64,000 nt of DNA from Raillietiella orientalis (Eukaryota), in assembly GCA_036172245.1 (NCBI GenBank), contig JAYWIR010000064.1:186001-250000 (forward strand), read 5' to 3'. The stretch's first letter is position 1. Every line of letters begins with the position of its first letter. The notes beneath the pieces were generated by a model, which saw nothing but the letters and a program-made list of their open reading frames with translations, ran no database searches and was not told where the DNA came from. Positions 48,951 to 61,249 of the stretch are shown piece by piece. The translations under genes and the position numbers were made by a program.

Positions 48951-50559
48951 ACCTTATTAATCCTGGGAACATCTACAGCAACAACCCCAGGAAAGTGCTT
49001 TCGAAGAGCTCTTGTTCCGCTCTAACCATCCTACCAAGCCACAACCAGCAATGAGGAATTAAAATTTGATATGTTTGGGGAGCTCAGATTTTAAAAATGA
49101 AAGCACAGCTCGCTCAGATTGAAAAAAAAAAAAGGGGGGGAGAGAGGAAGAAGCTGGCATCCAGCTTCATCTTTGCGAGAGCTCCTGTCAGCGTCACTGC
49201 TTCTTCGTATGGCAGGTGGAGGAGAGCATCGACTGGAAGGCAGGGTCTGGCCGGAAACGTTGAAGGGAAATTGCTGTCACGGGAACCTTTGGTGATAGGG
49301 AACCCTGCGGCTACTGGAAGCTCTTCCCAGACGCTGCTCCATTCATCGAGTGGAGCAGGGAAAAGGTCTTTCCAGAGAGTTCGAATGAACCATCTGTTGC
49401 ACCCGTCGTTGCTTCGTCTGGGTGCAAACCGGTTTTCAATATGGGGCAGACTTGTCTCAGCCCCTGAAGGAGAGCAGAAGGAGGTAGAGTCTCTCTACCG
49501 TGTTCCCTCGAAGGGAGGAGCTGGTCTCCCCCGCCTCGTTCCCTCTGGTGCCCTACCACGAGAACTACTGAGCAGAAGCTCGCAGGAGCTCCGCCCCTGC
49601 CAGTTTCCGAAATCCGTCTCGTCTCCTTCCTCCCTCTATTACAGCCCGTCTCGGCAGAAGTTGTATCGCCTGGATATCTTGTAAGCGGCATCAGCCTGTA
49701 TGTACCTCCCCGCTCCTTTCAGACTTGTTCCTCTTGTTAGCTGGATGATGGATTGGGCCTGTTTCAAGCTCCGCTTTCAGTTTCCTCCTAGAGAAGTCTT
49801 GTGATTCCTCTGCGTCTCGAGGCGGCGCTGGAGAAGTCGAAAGTTTCGGGTTTCCGGGAAATTTTTCCATCCTTCTGGGAAAGCATCATATTACTGCTGG
49901 ACGTTGTCACATTTCCGTGCCCTTCACTCTCGCTTGCAATCTCGAGAGGAAAAAACTTTTTTTTTTTTTAAAAAAAAAAAAAAGAAGAAACACTCGTTCG
50001 ACTTTTTCCTCGATTCTTGCGGTCTGTTCGCCGCCCACTTGCTTTGGTGAGCATCTCATGGCCGAAGGTTTCTTTTCTGGGATTACAAAAATACTGGTGC
50101 GACCCCCGCACACATCTTCCTGGGGAAGACTTTCACACTAGAAAGCACCTCGACGATGTCGAAGGAAGTGTAACGAGTTCATCTAGGGCTGGCGATGGTA
50201 TCCTTGTGGCTAGGCCGATTGTCCTTGGGCTTCCTCTACCACCGATCTGTACTTCTGAAAAAATGGATTCCATGCTCCAGGATTCCTATCCGTCTTCTTT
50301 CCTGTGCTGAGGGAGAAAAAAAAAAAAAAAACTCTTCAACGGAGAAACATTTGAGATGCGATCCTTGAAACGATCGTTTCCTTAGGAAACGCTTTTTGTT
50401 GCATGCAAAGCCTGTTGTGAACCGCGGTTAGGCATTGTGACTATTGCTGCCAGTCTTACCACAGATCATTTTACCGTCTCTTTTTGTCTGTTTTCCAGGA
50501 GGAGTTACCATGTGCTGCGCTGGCAAAAAGCGATGTCTACTGTGAAGTTAGGCACGGTC

Positions 50560-51300
50560 TCTTTTCTTTTAGGATAACTTTCGTAGTTCCGCTCTTGTTG
50601 GCGCTCTCGCACGGAAACGTCGCTGAGCCGGTGAGCTGCTGCATCCATTGAATTTATAGAATGCCGTGTAGCCATTTTCGAGAATGCCGATCGGGGAAGC
50701 TCGCTTCATAGGGGTGACGCGAAAGGACTCGCCTCGTTTCGCTCGGTTGCGTTTGCAGGGATGGTGCGCCATCTGAGAAACGGGTGGTCCATCCGTCGAA
50801 ATTCAGGACTCGATTCTCATCCCCTGCTAGTCTCACGAAACGAGAGACCAGCCCCACGGGCACGAATGGAAGCGCACGTTCCTCTGCCGAGCTGGCTAAG
50901 ATTCGAAATAATCTCGAAGACCAGGATCAGAGGCGCTTGGCCATCTCCTCGTGTTCTTTTCCGATCGGAGGAAAGACACGTGACTCTTGGCGTTCTCGGC
51001 GTTTTGTTGAGATCGTCGTCTTCAGGGTCGGACTTCGCATCGCAAACCCGATCTTCCGATGACGATCTTCCAGATCGCCAAGACCTACTCGCAACCGTGA
51101 TTTATTCCGTTGCGGGGGGGTTTCCAACCCATTCGCAGCATGCGTTCTTTCTTTGGATCTCTGTACTCCAGTTCTCTACATTGTGGATTGCAGTCATAAA
51201 ACCGTCGTGGCTTCAGGATATGTGACCGATCGTTTGGTCCGTTGTTGCGTTCCCGACTCTTATTCAGATGTAATCCGTGTGCGATTTTCTGAAACACTTA
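50560..51300 (-). mobile_element. hAT transposase remnant
   Basis: VLNFDGWT (first catalytic D, cf. L..DGWT), preceded by IGFAMRSPTLK..VFPP. Confidence 0.45.
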
Positions 51301-51999
51301 GGAGATTGATGTTGACACGTGAGCTCTCGGGCGAGTAGAGCCGCTCTCTTTAGAAACACTGTGGCTTTGCTCTTGCATTCTCTATCCTCCGTTGTGCCAG
51401 TTTCGTTTGGCTCTCAAGTAGCCAGATCAGTTGACAAGCAAACCGCCGTTGAATTACCGAGAACTCATTAGCAGAGACCCAATCGCGAGGACCACGCTGT
51501 AAGGAGCGAGCTACCCCTATTTGGTCTTATCATGGACCTATCATTCAGTTTCATCAATGCTAACGGCGTGAATAATTAGGAAGATGCTGAATTAGCAATG
51601 CTGTTGGGCCCATAAGGGTTTGCATGTTTTGTCTTGTTGAGATTTGTAACGATTCTCATTCGAAAAAAGGGAAGGATGCCTGTCCCACATGAATCTCGAT
51701 CTAGAGGAACCGCCTCATTCCCAACAGACTGCTTCTTATCCACAAAAAGTGGAATGGAAACTTAGAAATTTATACCCATTGCTTAAGCGATCGCTGAAAC
51801 CTATTCTTGCCTCTATTTGTGTCCAAGAAATATCGCTCTCTTCACAGAGGTCTGACTGACGTGAAAAAGAATTGTTTCTGAAAAGCTTTTCTTATCTTGG
51901 GCGGCTTTTTGCTCCCCCTGGAATCCACCGGAAAGAGGTCGTTTGTAGGCGTGCGTCTCTTAGTCGAGAATGTCCCGTCTGTCCCTCCCAGTTCAATTT

Positions 52000-53400
52000 T
52001 TTTTTTTCTTCTGCGAACACAGGAAATATCAAGGAAATTACCTCCCACCTATTCGACAAGCCCTTCCTTCCCCCTTTTCCTTCTTTCCAGATAGGCACAA
52101 GGATGTGCCTAATAAGAACTCGGTTAGAACTGGCCCCCATCTTGCGGGCAGACCGTGTCTGCAAGGTTGCTCGAGAAATCGAACAGCTTCGTGGGAAAGG
52201 AACTACATCAAGGTGCTGCCAGATGATCACGGTGGCTTCCTATATCACCTGTCAACTTTTACCATTGGAAAAATGCAGTCAGTGTGAGCGACCAGTCCGC
52301 CGAATTCAACAACTGTTTGTAATTCGCTGGAGCAGCGATCATTTCTCGAAAGCAGGAATCGAAACGTGTCCTAGAAGCCGGAAACGACTCTGCCATCTTC
52401 CAACACCTCCATCAACGCCTCAGTGCGCTTGCTGGAATGACTTAAGATGAAACTCCAAAAGCATCGGGCTGGAAGAATTTGAAGCTGCCGCGTTTGTCAT
52501 TGGGCAGCTTGAGAAAATCTTTGCTCAATGCTTTCGTGAAAGAGGGAAGGAACGTGAGGAACTCTGACAGAACTCTGGCATGGGGGAAAAAATGAGGGCT
52601 CCTTTCCCAAGATTGCACCTATGTGCCAATTGAATTGCTGGTTGAATTCCAGGGCTGTGATAGAGGAACCAATTGGCTTTGGAATCTGCAAAGAGAATCT
52701 CGATGCCTGCAGTAGTGTGAATGTTGACTCCATTGGCTCTCTGTGAAGCCCTTAGCATTGGTTCCTAAAGTGCATCCTGGAAGATTTGGGAACTGTAAAC
52801 CAGCAAGATCAAGAACTCCAAAGTCACCGAGGTTGTGACTGTGTTCCTCTACCAGACTGCTGTGCTCATTGCACCTCGCCGTCGAACACAGCCCTACCAC
52901 CACCAACCTGAGAACGCGTGGACCACATCGCACCTAGAGTGGCGTTTTACAGAGTTCCTCGAGCTGACTTTTGGCAACGGATGGAATTCGAGAATGTTCC
53001 CGAACTTGCTCCCATATGCCATTCTTCCCGATCCCCAAACTCTTCATGCATCCATCTTAGGAACGAAGGATTGCTCGATTCCTGGAACGGACGCAGCAGG
53101 CACCTCTTGTGGGCCTGGGGACATGTCGCTGCTTCCAAGGCGTCCATCCAATAATCCGCTTCCCCTTCGGGGAACACGTGAAGTTTCTGAATAGTGGGAA
53201 GCTCCAAGCGTGAAATGCGACCTCACGAAGAAGAACAAATGAGAAAATCTCGAAATTCTTCCTCTGAATCATGGATAATCCTCGAAATTGTGGCCCGCAG
53301 GCAGTACTTTCTGCTGCTTTGCACGCAGGTATCACGGAACCCTCCTCTTCGCTGACAGGGAGCAGCAGTCTTCTATTAAAAGGGCTGAGACCTCCGCCCC
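52000..53400 (-). mobile_element. LINE (L1/Tx1-like) RT and C-terminal remnant
   Basis: LLRPFQESSNPSFLRWMHEEFGDREEW (cf. D.EKA.D.V.W.FL...L...GF...W), SGTFSNSIRCQ (cf. S..F...RG.RQG), ILVPIWKE (cf. W.IWK.RN). Confidence 0.5.
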
Positions 53401-53698
53401 AAGAAACATCGTGGTTCCTCAGATAGCACCCTTTTCAAACGTCTTTCGTTAGGCGAATTTTCCTACCCGCTTCTTGAGGGGAAAATCCTTAATCCAGAAA
53501 TGTCCTGGATCGATTTTCGACTCAGCTTGTCTCGTTGCTATGTTGCCTTTCTCTTTCAGTGCGATGAAGAAGCGTGTCGCTAAATACACGGCTTGTTCCC
53601 GAACCCCCCCTATCGCGGGGACCTGATGCTCCTTATTCTGGTGAAAATTGAGTGCTCCTTCTTGGGAAAAGGAGGCCGCGTTTGCCTTTGCCCGCGTT

Positions 53699-53905
53699 GG
53701 CGGCCGCGTAGCTACGGTCTCCACGCGTCGTACCAAACGTCGCGGGTTCGAATACCCGGAAAGCATCCTTTCCGGATATTCGAAAGGATTGACGCCGAGA
53801 ATGGGGAGCGCATCGTGGGTTTCAAGGATGACGCTGGTTTGCCCTGTAGGTACGGCATTGGTTGACACCCGGTCATGCCGGGGTGTTTACTTACAAAAAA
53901 TAAAC
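53699..53905 (+). mobile_element. tRNA-derived SINE-like family, short copy
   Basis: GGCGGCCGCGTAGCT..GGGTTCGAATACCCGGAAAG (cf. copy 1 GGGTTCGAATACTCGGAAAG), TCGTGGGTT..GATGACGCTGGT (53827-38), A-rich end ACAAAAAATAAAC. Confidence 0.65.
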
Positions 53906-54384
53906 ACATGTCTGTGGCAGGACGTTTGATCCTGCCACGTTACTTATAACTACGAGAAGGAACATGCCGGGAAATGGCACGCAGACCAGCGGGGTTCGCC
54001 TCGGCAGCAAAGGGGGAGAGGACAGAAACAAAAAGAAAGAAAAACAAAACAAAAAATGCAGTCAAAAAAATGGAGTAGGGGGGAGGGAGGAGGGAAGAGA
54101 TTACTGTGTGCTGGAGGGCGTCCTTGTAAAGATGCCGGCAAATTCCTGTTTCAAGGCTCCCAGATGGGGCCATCTTGACGCTGTCCTCATGAAGAGGACA
54201 GCAAAATAGATGGCGTTCTTGTCGTTGTGATCCCCCTCTGCAGTTGCCCCATGCAGCTACCATCCCACGTAGGCAGCAAAATGCTGCTAGGGATGCGGCC
54301 GGCATGAGAACGTCGCGCAGGAAGGGGCGCTTTAAAACGCCTCTGGAGTTGCCGCCAGGGGTTCCAAAGGTCGCGTCAAAGCGT

Positions 54385-55142
54385 CCCTAAAGGGGTCGGA
54401 GGACAACGCAGTCCACTAGGAGGTGCGGGAGACATTCCCACTCCCCGCACCTGGCATAGTTCAGGTCCACCTCTCCCAGCCGTGTCTAATGATTCCAGTG
54501 AGCGTTGCATGGGAGGCCCCAGTTCAGCAGCGTCAACTGGTGGGAGTCGGAAACCGAGTGCTCCCCGCTGACTGGCTTCCAGGATTCGGAGCTGACCATC
54601 CGGACTCCTTCCAGGAATCAAAGGAGTCGGTTTCCTTCGGATTTCCCCTCCGGTTGTGAAAATGGAGACGTCCCTCCCCTCAGAAGAGATCTTAGATCGC
54701 GTTTCTTGGAGCTGGTTAATATCCCCCTTGGGAGGGTTGTCTCTCCCGATTGTCAAGAGGCGCGGTGCCCCCTTCGGAAGCGCCCTCCAGAGAAATTTGG
54801 GGGCGTCCCTTTGGGGTTCTCTTCAGAGGAGAAAAGAAGGAGCGTCTCCCTTGCGGGTTCCCTTCGGAGAAGAAATAACGGAGCCGATCCCTCCAGGGAA
54901 TCCCTCTGGAGAGAATAAGGAAGAGGTTCCCTTGAGGTTCTCCACCAAGCGTGGAACAGAGTGGACTCCTTCCTCAGGCGCCTTTCTGCATTCATAGAAT
55001 AGTCCCTCCGGGTCGCTTTTTAACTCTTGAAAAGCCGCACGTACCCTCGGATGACGTGGACGGTGTCCAAGAGCATTGTGTGTCCCCCCTTAAGGACCAA
55101 CGGTTCTTCAGTACTTGACGAACCAAAAAAAAAAAAAGAAAA
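54385..55142 (+). mobile_element. Long tRNA-headed SINE-like element, full-length copy 3 (decayed head)
   Basis: Body aligns by eye to copies 1 and 2 (GCGTCCCTTTGGGGTTCTCTTCAGAGGA; GGACTCCTTCCTC; ACCCTCGGATG); terminal CGGTTC..GAACC at 55101-55124 followed by A13. Confidence 0.75.
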
Positions 55143-55299
55143 TTCGACAAAAAGACAAAAGCCGGAAGGAAAGCAGCGAAGCAGAAGAAAGTCGAAAGGA
55201 TTTCCGTCATCCTTTTTTAGAGGATAGACTTTCGCAGAGCTCAGGCGTCCAACGTTCTTGCTCTTTGCTCCTTACAAGTGTCCCTCCGCCCTTCCTTTC

Positions 55300-56600
55300 T
55301 CCCCGCGAATGGAACACCTGAAGGGTTTCTCGGACCGGTAGTCTGCTCCTTAGCAACGCATAATGCATTCTTGACAGACACTCAGAAGCACTCTCTCCCA
55401 GATTCCATCTCATGGAACCAGAATCCTCCCCAAGCGCGGACACCGCGCCCTCTATCAGGATGCGTGCAGAAAACTTCCTGATGGCGATCGTATTCTGGTT
55501 CCGGAAAACGGAAGGAGCGCTCCCATTTCAAGAGACACACTGTCCTCTGTTTTCAAAGTCCACTCATCATTCGTTTTTTCCGGGAACGGTCCCGCATTTC
55601 CGACCACCACAAGAACTACAGCCGATGACCCGGACATGCGTCGGACGCACGACCTCCTCCGTGAGACCCCGGCACGCTTGGGGAGAGATTGGAGTTGCTC
55701 CCCTTTCTAGCGTCTCGGATGGAGGACCGAGCTACCATCTTCCAAATCTGTTGCCCTTCCCAATGACCGGAGAGAGCGCTTGGGCAACCGCGGCAAAGGG
55801 GGGCAGCGATCCGAAAGACGACAATTCCTGCGAGAACTTCCAAAGTCCCTTGGGCGTGTGCGGACCTCGCGATGCGCATGCTTTCAGTCCACAAGATGAA
55901 CGAAAGCCGCTATCTATTACTGGAGACAGTCGTGATTTCCCCCTTCACCCAGTCGTCCCACCAATGGTTCGCGTTTGGGTCCTGGGTTCATTCTCAAGCC
56001 TTGGTGTTTGGACTCTCGGTTGCTGCGTCAACTGAGGTCCACGAGCACGTAATAAAAAGATCTCGAAGCCATCCCACAGCACGGTCACTGTGACGCGCCA
56101 CCTACTCGGGACGATGGACCGCTGACCCTTCATCGCGGCGAGCTCTCTGTCGAACGGGCGCACTTCGATCTTTCAAGCGACAGCATGGACTCAGCGCCCC
56201 CTTGCGCCAAGCCTGACCACCCGTGTCTCACCTTTCGTGAGGTTGAAACGGTCGTGACGGGTTCGCCGCTCGGATTCAAACCCATAACCTCCTACTCGGC
56301 ACTGAGCCGTTTATTTTTTTTTTCTTGCCTCTGCGCAAAGTTTGACTGCTCGAGTAGGAGGTTTTCATCATGGTCTTCTCATCGATCTGTGGACTGCATT
56401 CGGTCTTCCTGGCAGGTTTTCCAAACGTGCTGGACACCATCGGTTTGCTGGAATCGTTCGCGCGCGCACGTTGCCGGAATTTTCGACTCGTGCGGGACAC
56501 CTTCGCTCCAGATACTCCGAAGAGTCTGCGATGACCACGCGAGCCGGGCGCACAAGCTCCTCAGAACCTTCTCGAAGGGCTGGAGGCACCTTCTCGAATA
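55300..56600 (-). mobile_element. Ty3/gypsy RT-RNase H remnant
   Basis: DSSKPMVSSTFGKPARK..QIDEKTM (cf. PS.SP..SP...V.KK..CIDYR.LN), RIAAPL..HWEGQQ, ASDAC (cf. TDAS). Confidence 0.55.
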
Positions 56601-57449
56601 GGCAGCACGGAACGGTCTGCGAAGAGACCGTCGGCGCTTTCCTCCTTACCTCTCCCGCTAGGGGGGGAGAAGGGGAGGGCAACAGAGGAGAGAACTCCAG
56701 CCGCCGTCCCGGAAGGCGTCTTGCCGAGAGCCCTCTCCTCCGCGGAGCACCAGGGGATCCATGAGATTCGGACGTGCGCTGGAGAACCCGCATGGAAGGT
56801 TCCCCTTCCTTACGAGAGGCAGGGACTAGGAGTGCCCAGAGTTGAAAAGGCGGGGAGGCGGAATTCCTTCACACCCGCACACCTCAGGATGCAAGGACGG
56901 TCGCTGATGCACGGAGATGCAAAGTGGAGCTGCAGACCTGCTATGCTGTAGAAAAAAAAGAAGCAGCAGCTGATGTAATCAGGGCAGGATGCAGAAGAAC
57001 CGCTCTTTTCATTGGGAAGCGGAAGCTTTACGCAGATGCTGCCTAGTCGATGAGAGGACTGCTGCGTCGGAAAGTGAAATAATGAGAACAAGGAAACAGT
57101 TACTATGAAGATAAAAAAGGAAAGCAAAAAAAAAACAAGGCAGAAACAGAAACAAGGCAAAAACAAGGCAAAAGTTGCCGTGCATTCTGGTCCTCAATTC
57201 GGGAGGGAGGCTGGAGAGCTGCGTCAGCTTCCAGAAGACAGGAATGATCCAGATTAATCTCCAGAGAATGGGCACAGGCATTATTTTAATGAAGTCCGCT
57301 ACCGACTCCCATCCAGTGTGATGAAATCCGCCTGAGCCCGGTCACGTAAGCGCGGTCGCAGCACGTGCCTCCCGGCGCATGAACGCGCGAGCGACCGGCG
57401 ACTGCCTTCCGCAGACGTCCCCGCCACAGGGCGGGCAGCTCTCGCGTCC

Positions 57450-57830
57450 CTCCTGGCAGGCTGAACTTGGGAACCAGCCTGCCCGCTCTTGAGAACTGAT
57501 GCACCAGATCGCAGAGAGTGCAGTTGTTCGCAGCATCGAAGTGCGCGAATTGTCCCGCACATCCTCAGAATGCCTGCGTGATCTCCGGCATCTGCTGAGC
57601 GGGTCTCGTGCCCCGACCGCCAAGCTTTTTTTGGAAGCCCACATCATCATCACTCGCTGCACTTCACCAGAAGGACAGTTCAGAGAAGACCTCCTGAAAC
57701 ATTCAGTCCAGCTGGAAAACGACTGGTCGTCTAGGTTTCGTTCCGAGCTTTTCGCATCTCCTCCGCGACCACTTCATCACGCGTTCTGTCCATGTACTTG
57801 TTCCGTAAGCAAAAGAAACTGACTTCTGCA
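57450..57830 (+). mobile_element. Ty3/gypsy integrase core remnant
   Basis: TAKLFLEAHII..SSRFRSELF (cf. TA.LF...V..F.S.FW..L). Confidence 0.4.
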
Positions 57831-57849
57831 CTTTCGCTTTCACTCCGAG

Positions 57850-59100
57850 TCCCTTCGTAGCACTAGGAGCTCGAGGCAGATGACCTCACATAATGGTGGG
57901 ACTGGTGAAAAACTAGGAGGGGCATTTATACGATGCTGCCCTATCGGAGATTCAGCCGGCCGGTTTTTCCACCCTGGACGGTGAGCCAAGGTGCATACGT
58001 CCTAAGGTGATCAGCATCCTAGATTTCGGGTCCTTAGATGGCCATCCTGAGGAAAAGCAACAATGTGAGTTTTTTTTTCCCCGCTGCCACCAAGGAAGAA
58101 GTACTACGAGGGACATTTGGGTTTCATGGCTGCTCCTCTTCCATGGGCTCGAAGCCACGAAAGGCTCCTTTGAGGAATCCTCCTCCATGTTGTCCGTCAC
58201 CCTGTTTTCCTATCGGAGATCCTGTCGGCCTGCTTTTTCCATCCTGGACCATGAGCCGAGGTGTGCACGTCCCAGTACGTCATCCGCTTCTTCGCACACT
58301 CCGTCTGGGGCGCGAAGGTTCGCCCAAGCTCTGCGAGGACTTCGCCACTCCGCGGCTTCCGCATTCCCGGCGATCTCACTGCTCATACCCAGGCTGCTCC
58401 GTCGGCGAGCAGGAGCCACCGTCTCGCGCCACTGCACCTTTCCCTCGTCCTGGGACACCTGTTCCGAGTGGAAGTCTCGAACCTTTTTCCGGGACTGGCT
58501 GTTCCGAGGATACCGGCATGAAAGACGGTCACCCTCCTTCGCTTCCTTCCTGCAGAACCTCTACGAGGAGGCTGACCGTGGTCCTTGCGGGCGACGAGGG
58601 AGGTTCCTCAGAGATCACCCGGGGATCTGCGCCGACGAATCGAGCACCTCTCCTTGCACTTCGGATCCTCCAGCCGCTTCTTCCGGGCGTCACTCCTTGG
58701 GGTCGGTATAGAGGCATGGATCTGCAAATGGTTTCCGGTATGCAAGAAGCTACTGGACGCGCGGTGCCGTCCGATCGCAGAGCGTGGCATGGGCGCTTCG
58801 CGGCAGCGAAGGAACGCCACTTCCCCTTCCTGCTCACGGAAGCGCACGCGACTGCTCCAAGGGTAGACCGCTCAAGTCAAATGGCGACGAGCCGACGGGC
58901 TTTTCGGTCCGTCGTCTTTGAAGGTCTACCATACTTGGACGCGTCCCGGGTGCGACCAACGGCGGGGGACTGCGTGCGCCAGCGCTCGTTTCTAGCCGCT
59001 TCTCCTCATGGAACGCCGGACACGAACGTCCTCCGAAATTGCCCTGAGTCGGCTTCCCTCCGCCGCGGGGCTGCTCTCAGAGAAGGGAGCTTCTAGCTAA
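57850..59100 (+). mobile_element. Ty3/gypsy RT-RNase H remnant
   Basis: KTRRGIYTMLPY..PVF (cf. T..G.Y...MPFGL..P..F), EKQQCEFF (cf. K..KC.F), FAQALRGL (cf. AF..LK). Confidence 0.55.
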
Positions 59101-59549
59101 TGAAGGCAGCCGAGCGCCCGCGAAGAGGTCGGCTTCGTCTGCGAAGGCGAAGAGCGCCTTGGAGCGCTCTCCACGTGAGGGTTCCCCTGCCTCTGCACTT
59201 GGAGGGTCGAGACGCTTCTTGGCTATCCGTCTTATAGAAAGGCGTACTCAAAATAGACGCGGTGGTCGTGGACCATCTTCCGATCCTCCTTCATGATCAT
59301 TCTTCGTTGCGGCTCCATTTATTGAAGGAGCTACCTCCGCTTTCCAGACCAGAGGTGGCGTCCCCCACCCCCCTTCATCCTGCTGGATTTCTTGTGTCCC
59401 TTCTCCAGCTCCGGAAGCAATGCAACGATGCCATCCATCCGGAGGGATCCAAGCCCATGAGTCCGGGTCGTCTCATTTTCCCCGCATGAGAATCTAAGCT
59501 CCGTCTAGTTTCCTGCATTTTGAGGATTCACTTCCCGGCGGCCTCGTTC

Positions 59550-59920
59550 CGGGAATTCGCTCTCGGAGGTTCTCGCTCGCCTAGAATCACCAGAGCAGCG
59601 TGCGCGCTGAATCCTCCTCGTTTGGGGGTTCCGTGGATCTAACTAGGACTGCATGGATCTTAACGTGATTCCCCCCTTCTAAGAGTCCCTGTCCTGTTGA
59701 ACTATCGGACTCTCCCTTGCTTCTGGACACCTCGGACGCGTCTGTTCCCTGTTTACGGAGCGATAGGAAGCATCCGGGATGATAATGCTTCCCTGCTTCT
59801 GGAGCTCCGAGTCAGGGCGTGGCGGAGAATCTGATCCAGGTGTCCTTTGTCTCGCAAATGCATGTTTCCTATTCTGCATTTCTTGGGCTCTCCACACGGA
59901 CACCATGCTATGGGGTGTAG
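59550..59920 (-). mobile_element. Ty3/gypsy RT-RNase H connection remnant
   Basis: VWRAQ..KHAFARQR..PPRPDS..IIIPDASY (cf. W....AF..LK..P.L..PD..V.TDAS). Confidence 0.5.
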
Positions 59921-59949
59921 AGACGAGAATTCCTCTTTTCTCCCTCCTC

Positions 59950-60076
59950 CTTCTCCTTTCTTCCTCCTCAACTATTAACTCCTCCTCCGATTCTTTTCTC
60001 ACTTCTCATCTTTCTGCTACTCCCCCCCCCCATTCCATCCCTCCTGCTCGCTTTTTGGAACACAAGTAGCTGGAGA
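59950..60076. repeat. Dispersed ~127-bp repeat R, copy 1
   Basis: Aligns almost ungapped to 62439-62564; last 33 bp CTGCTCGCTTTTTGGAACACA(A/C)GTAGCTGGAGA differ at one base. Confidence 0.9.
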
Positions 60077-60079
60077 GTG

Positions 60080-61020
60080 CCCCTCACGGCGGTTTAAAAT
60101 ATCAGACAGGATCTCGTCCCACACGATTGCACTTTGATCCCTTAGCCTGAAGGCCGAGAAGCCATTTGTTGAGTGCGATGTCCAGTCTCCCTTCTGACAC
60201 GCATCCAGATTCCGGAAGTGGGAAGCAACGGATGGTGATGGAAGATTTCCATCATCATTCTTACGCCACCCAGTCTCCTTCTGGAACGCCCTCGGAGTTG
60301 CCAACTGGAGCAAAACAACCCCACCTCATCGCAAGGCCACCGGACAAAACAAAACAAAACTTAGAAGGCTGGCATGTGGAGGGGAAAAGAAAGAACAAGG
60401 AAAAAATTCTAAATAGAGGGATCTTAGATTTGAATCCAGGAAACCGAGGTCTTTGGCGCGTTCCCGGAGCTTTCCACAGCGGCCGCCAGGGAGCGCGCCC
60501 TCTCCACCGAGAGGCTCTGCCGCTTTCCGCGCAGGAGCAGACAGAGGAGCGCATGCGCTGTGTCTTGGTGGCTCTCGAGACCGGCCTCCGCCGAACTTCT
60601 CGCGGTCGCCTCCAGCCTTCCGGCGCAGCTAAGGAGGTACCTGGAACGTGAAGATGGGCATCCCTTCTTCTCATCCGAGGAGAGGAATTGGTGTAGGCAT
60701 ATGGAGGAGGCTGAACGGCGGGTCGGAGTGAAACGGCTCCGTGGCGACAGATCTCCTCTCGGGCGAGGAGGAAGGAAGGATTTGCATCCTTTAGACAGGT
60801 TCGAGCTCTTCGCCCCGCAGCAACGGAGCAGTAGCACTCGCCCAGGAATGCTGTCCTCTCCGGGCGAGTTGGATCCATTCGAGTCCGCGCCGATTGGTGC
60901 GGATTCGTCCTCACTCGAAGCTCGCGGAGGTTATCTCGTCGTCCTCGGAGATGGCGACGTGAAATCTCGAAAGATGATTTGCATCCTAGAGACCCCGTCA
61001 CGGGAGTTCGCTCTCCCTCG
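60080..61020 (+). mobile_element. Ty3/gypsy RT thumb-RNase H remnant
   Basis: GARPLHREALPLSAQEQ, then AELLAVASSLPAQLRRYLE..HPF (cf. P.A..SR.L..AE, E.ELLA...AL..WR.YL.G..F). Confidence 0.55.
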
Positions 61021-61249
61021 CTAGGAATCTCCAGGAAAACGCGTACGCTGGACCTTTAAAAAGTCTTGTTTCCACTCCTCTCGTGCGGCACTCGTGCTTG
61101 CCTATTCCAGCTCTTGTACTCCGTGAGAGACCACATCTTCATGTGTATGTGTGGAGGGGGCTCTCTTTCACCTTCATTAATCAGCAGCACCCGGGCGCTT
61201 AGAGGTTGGTGGGGGTTCCGGTTCTGGCAGGGTACGGCAAACGTGCCGC

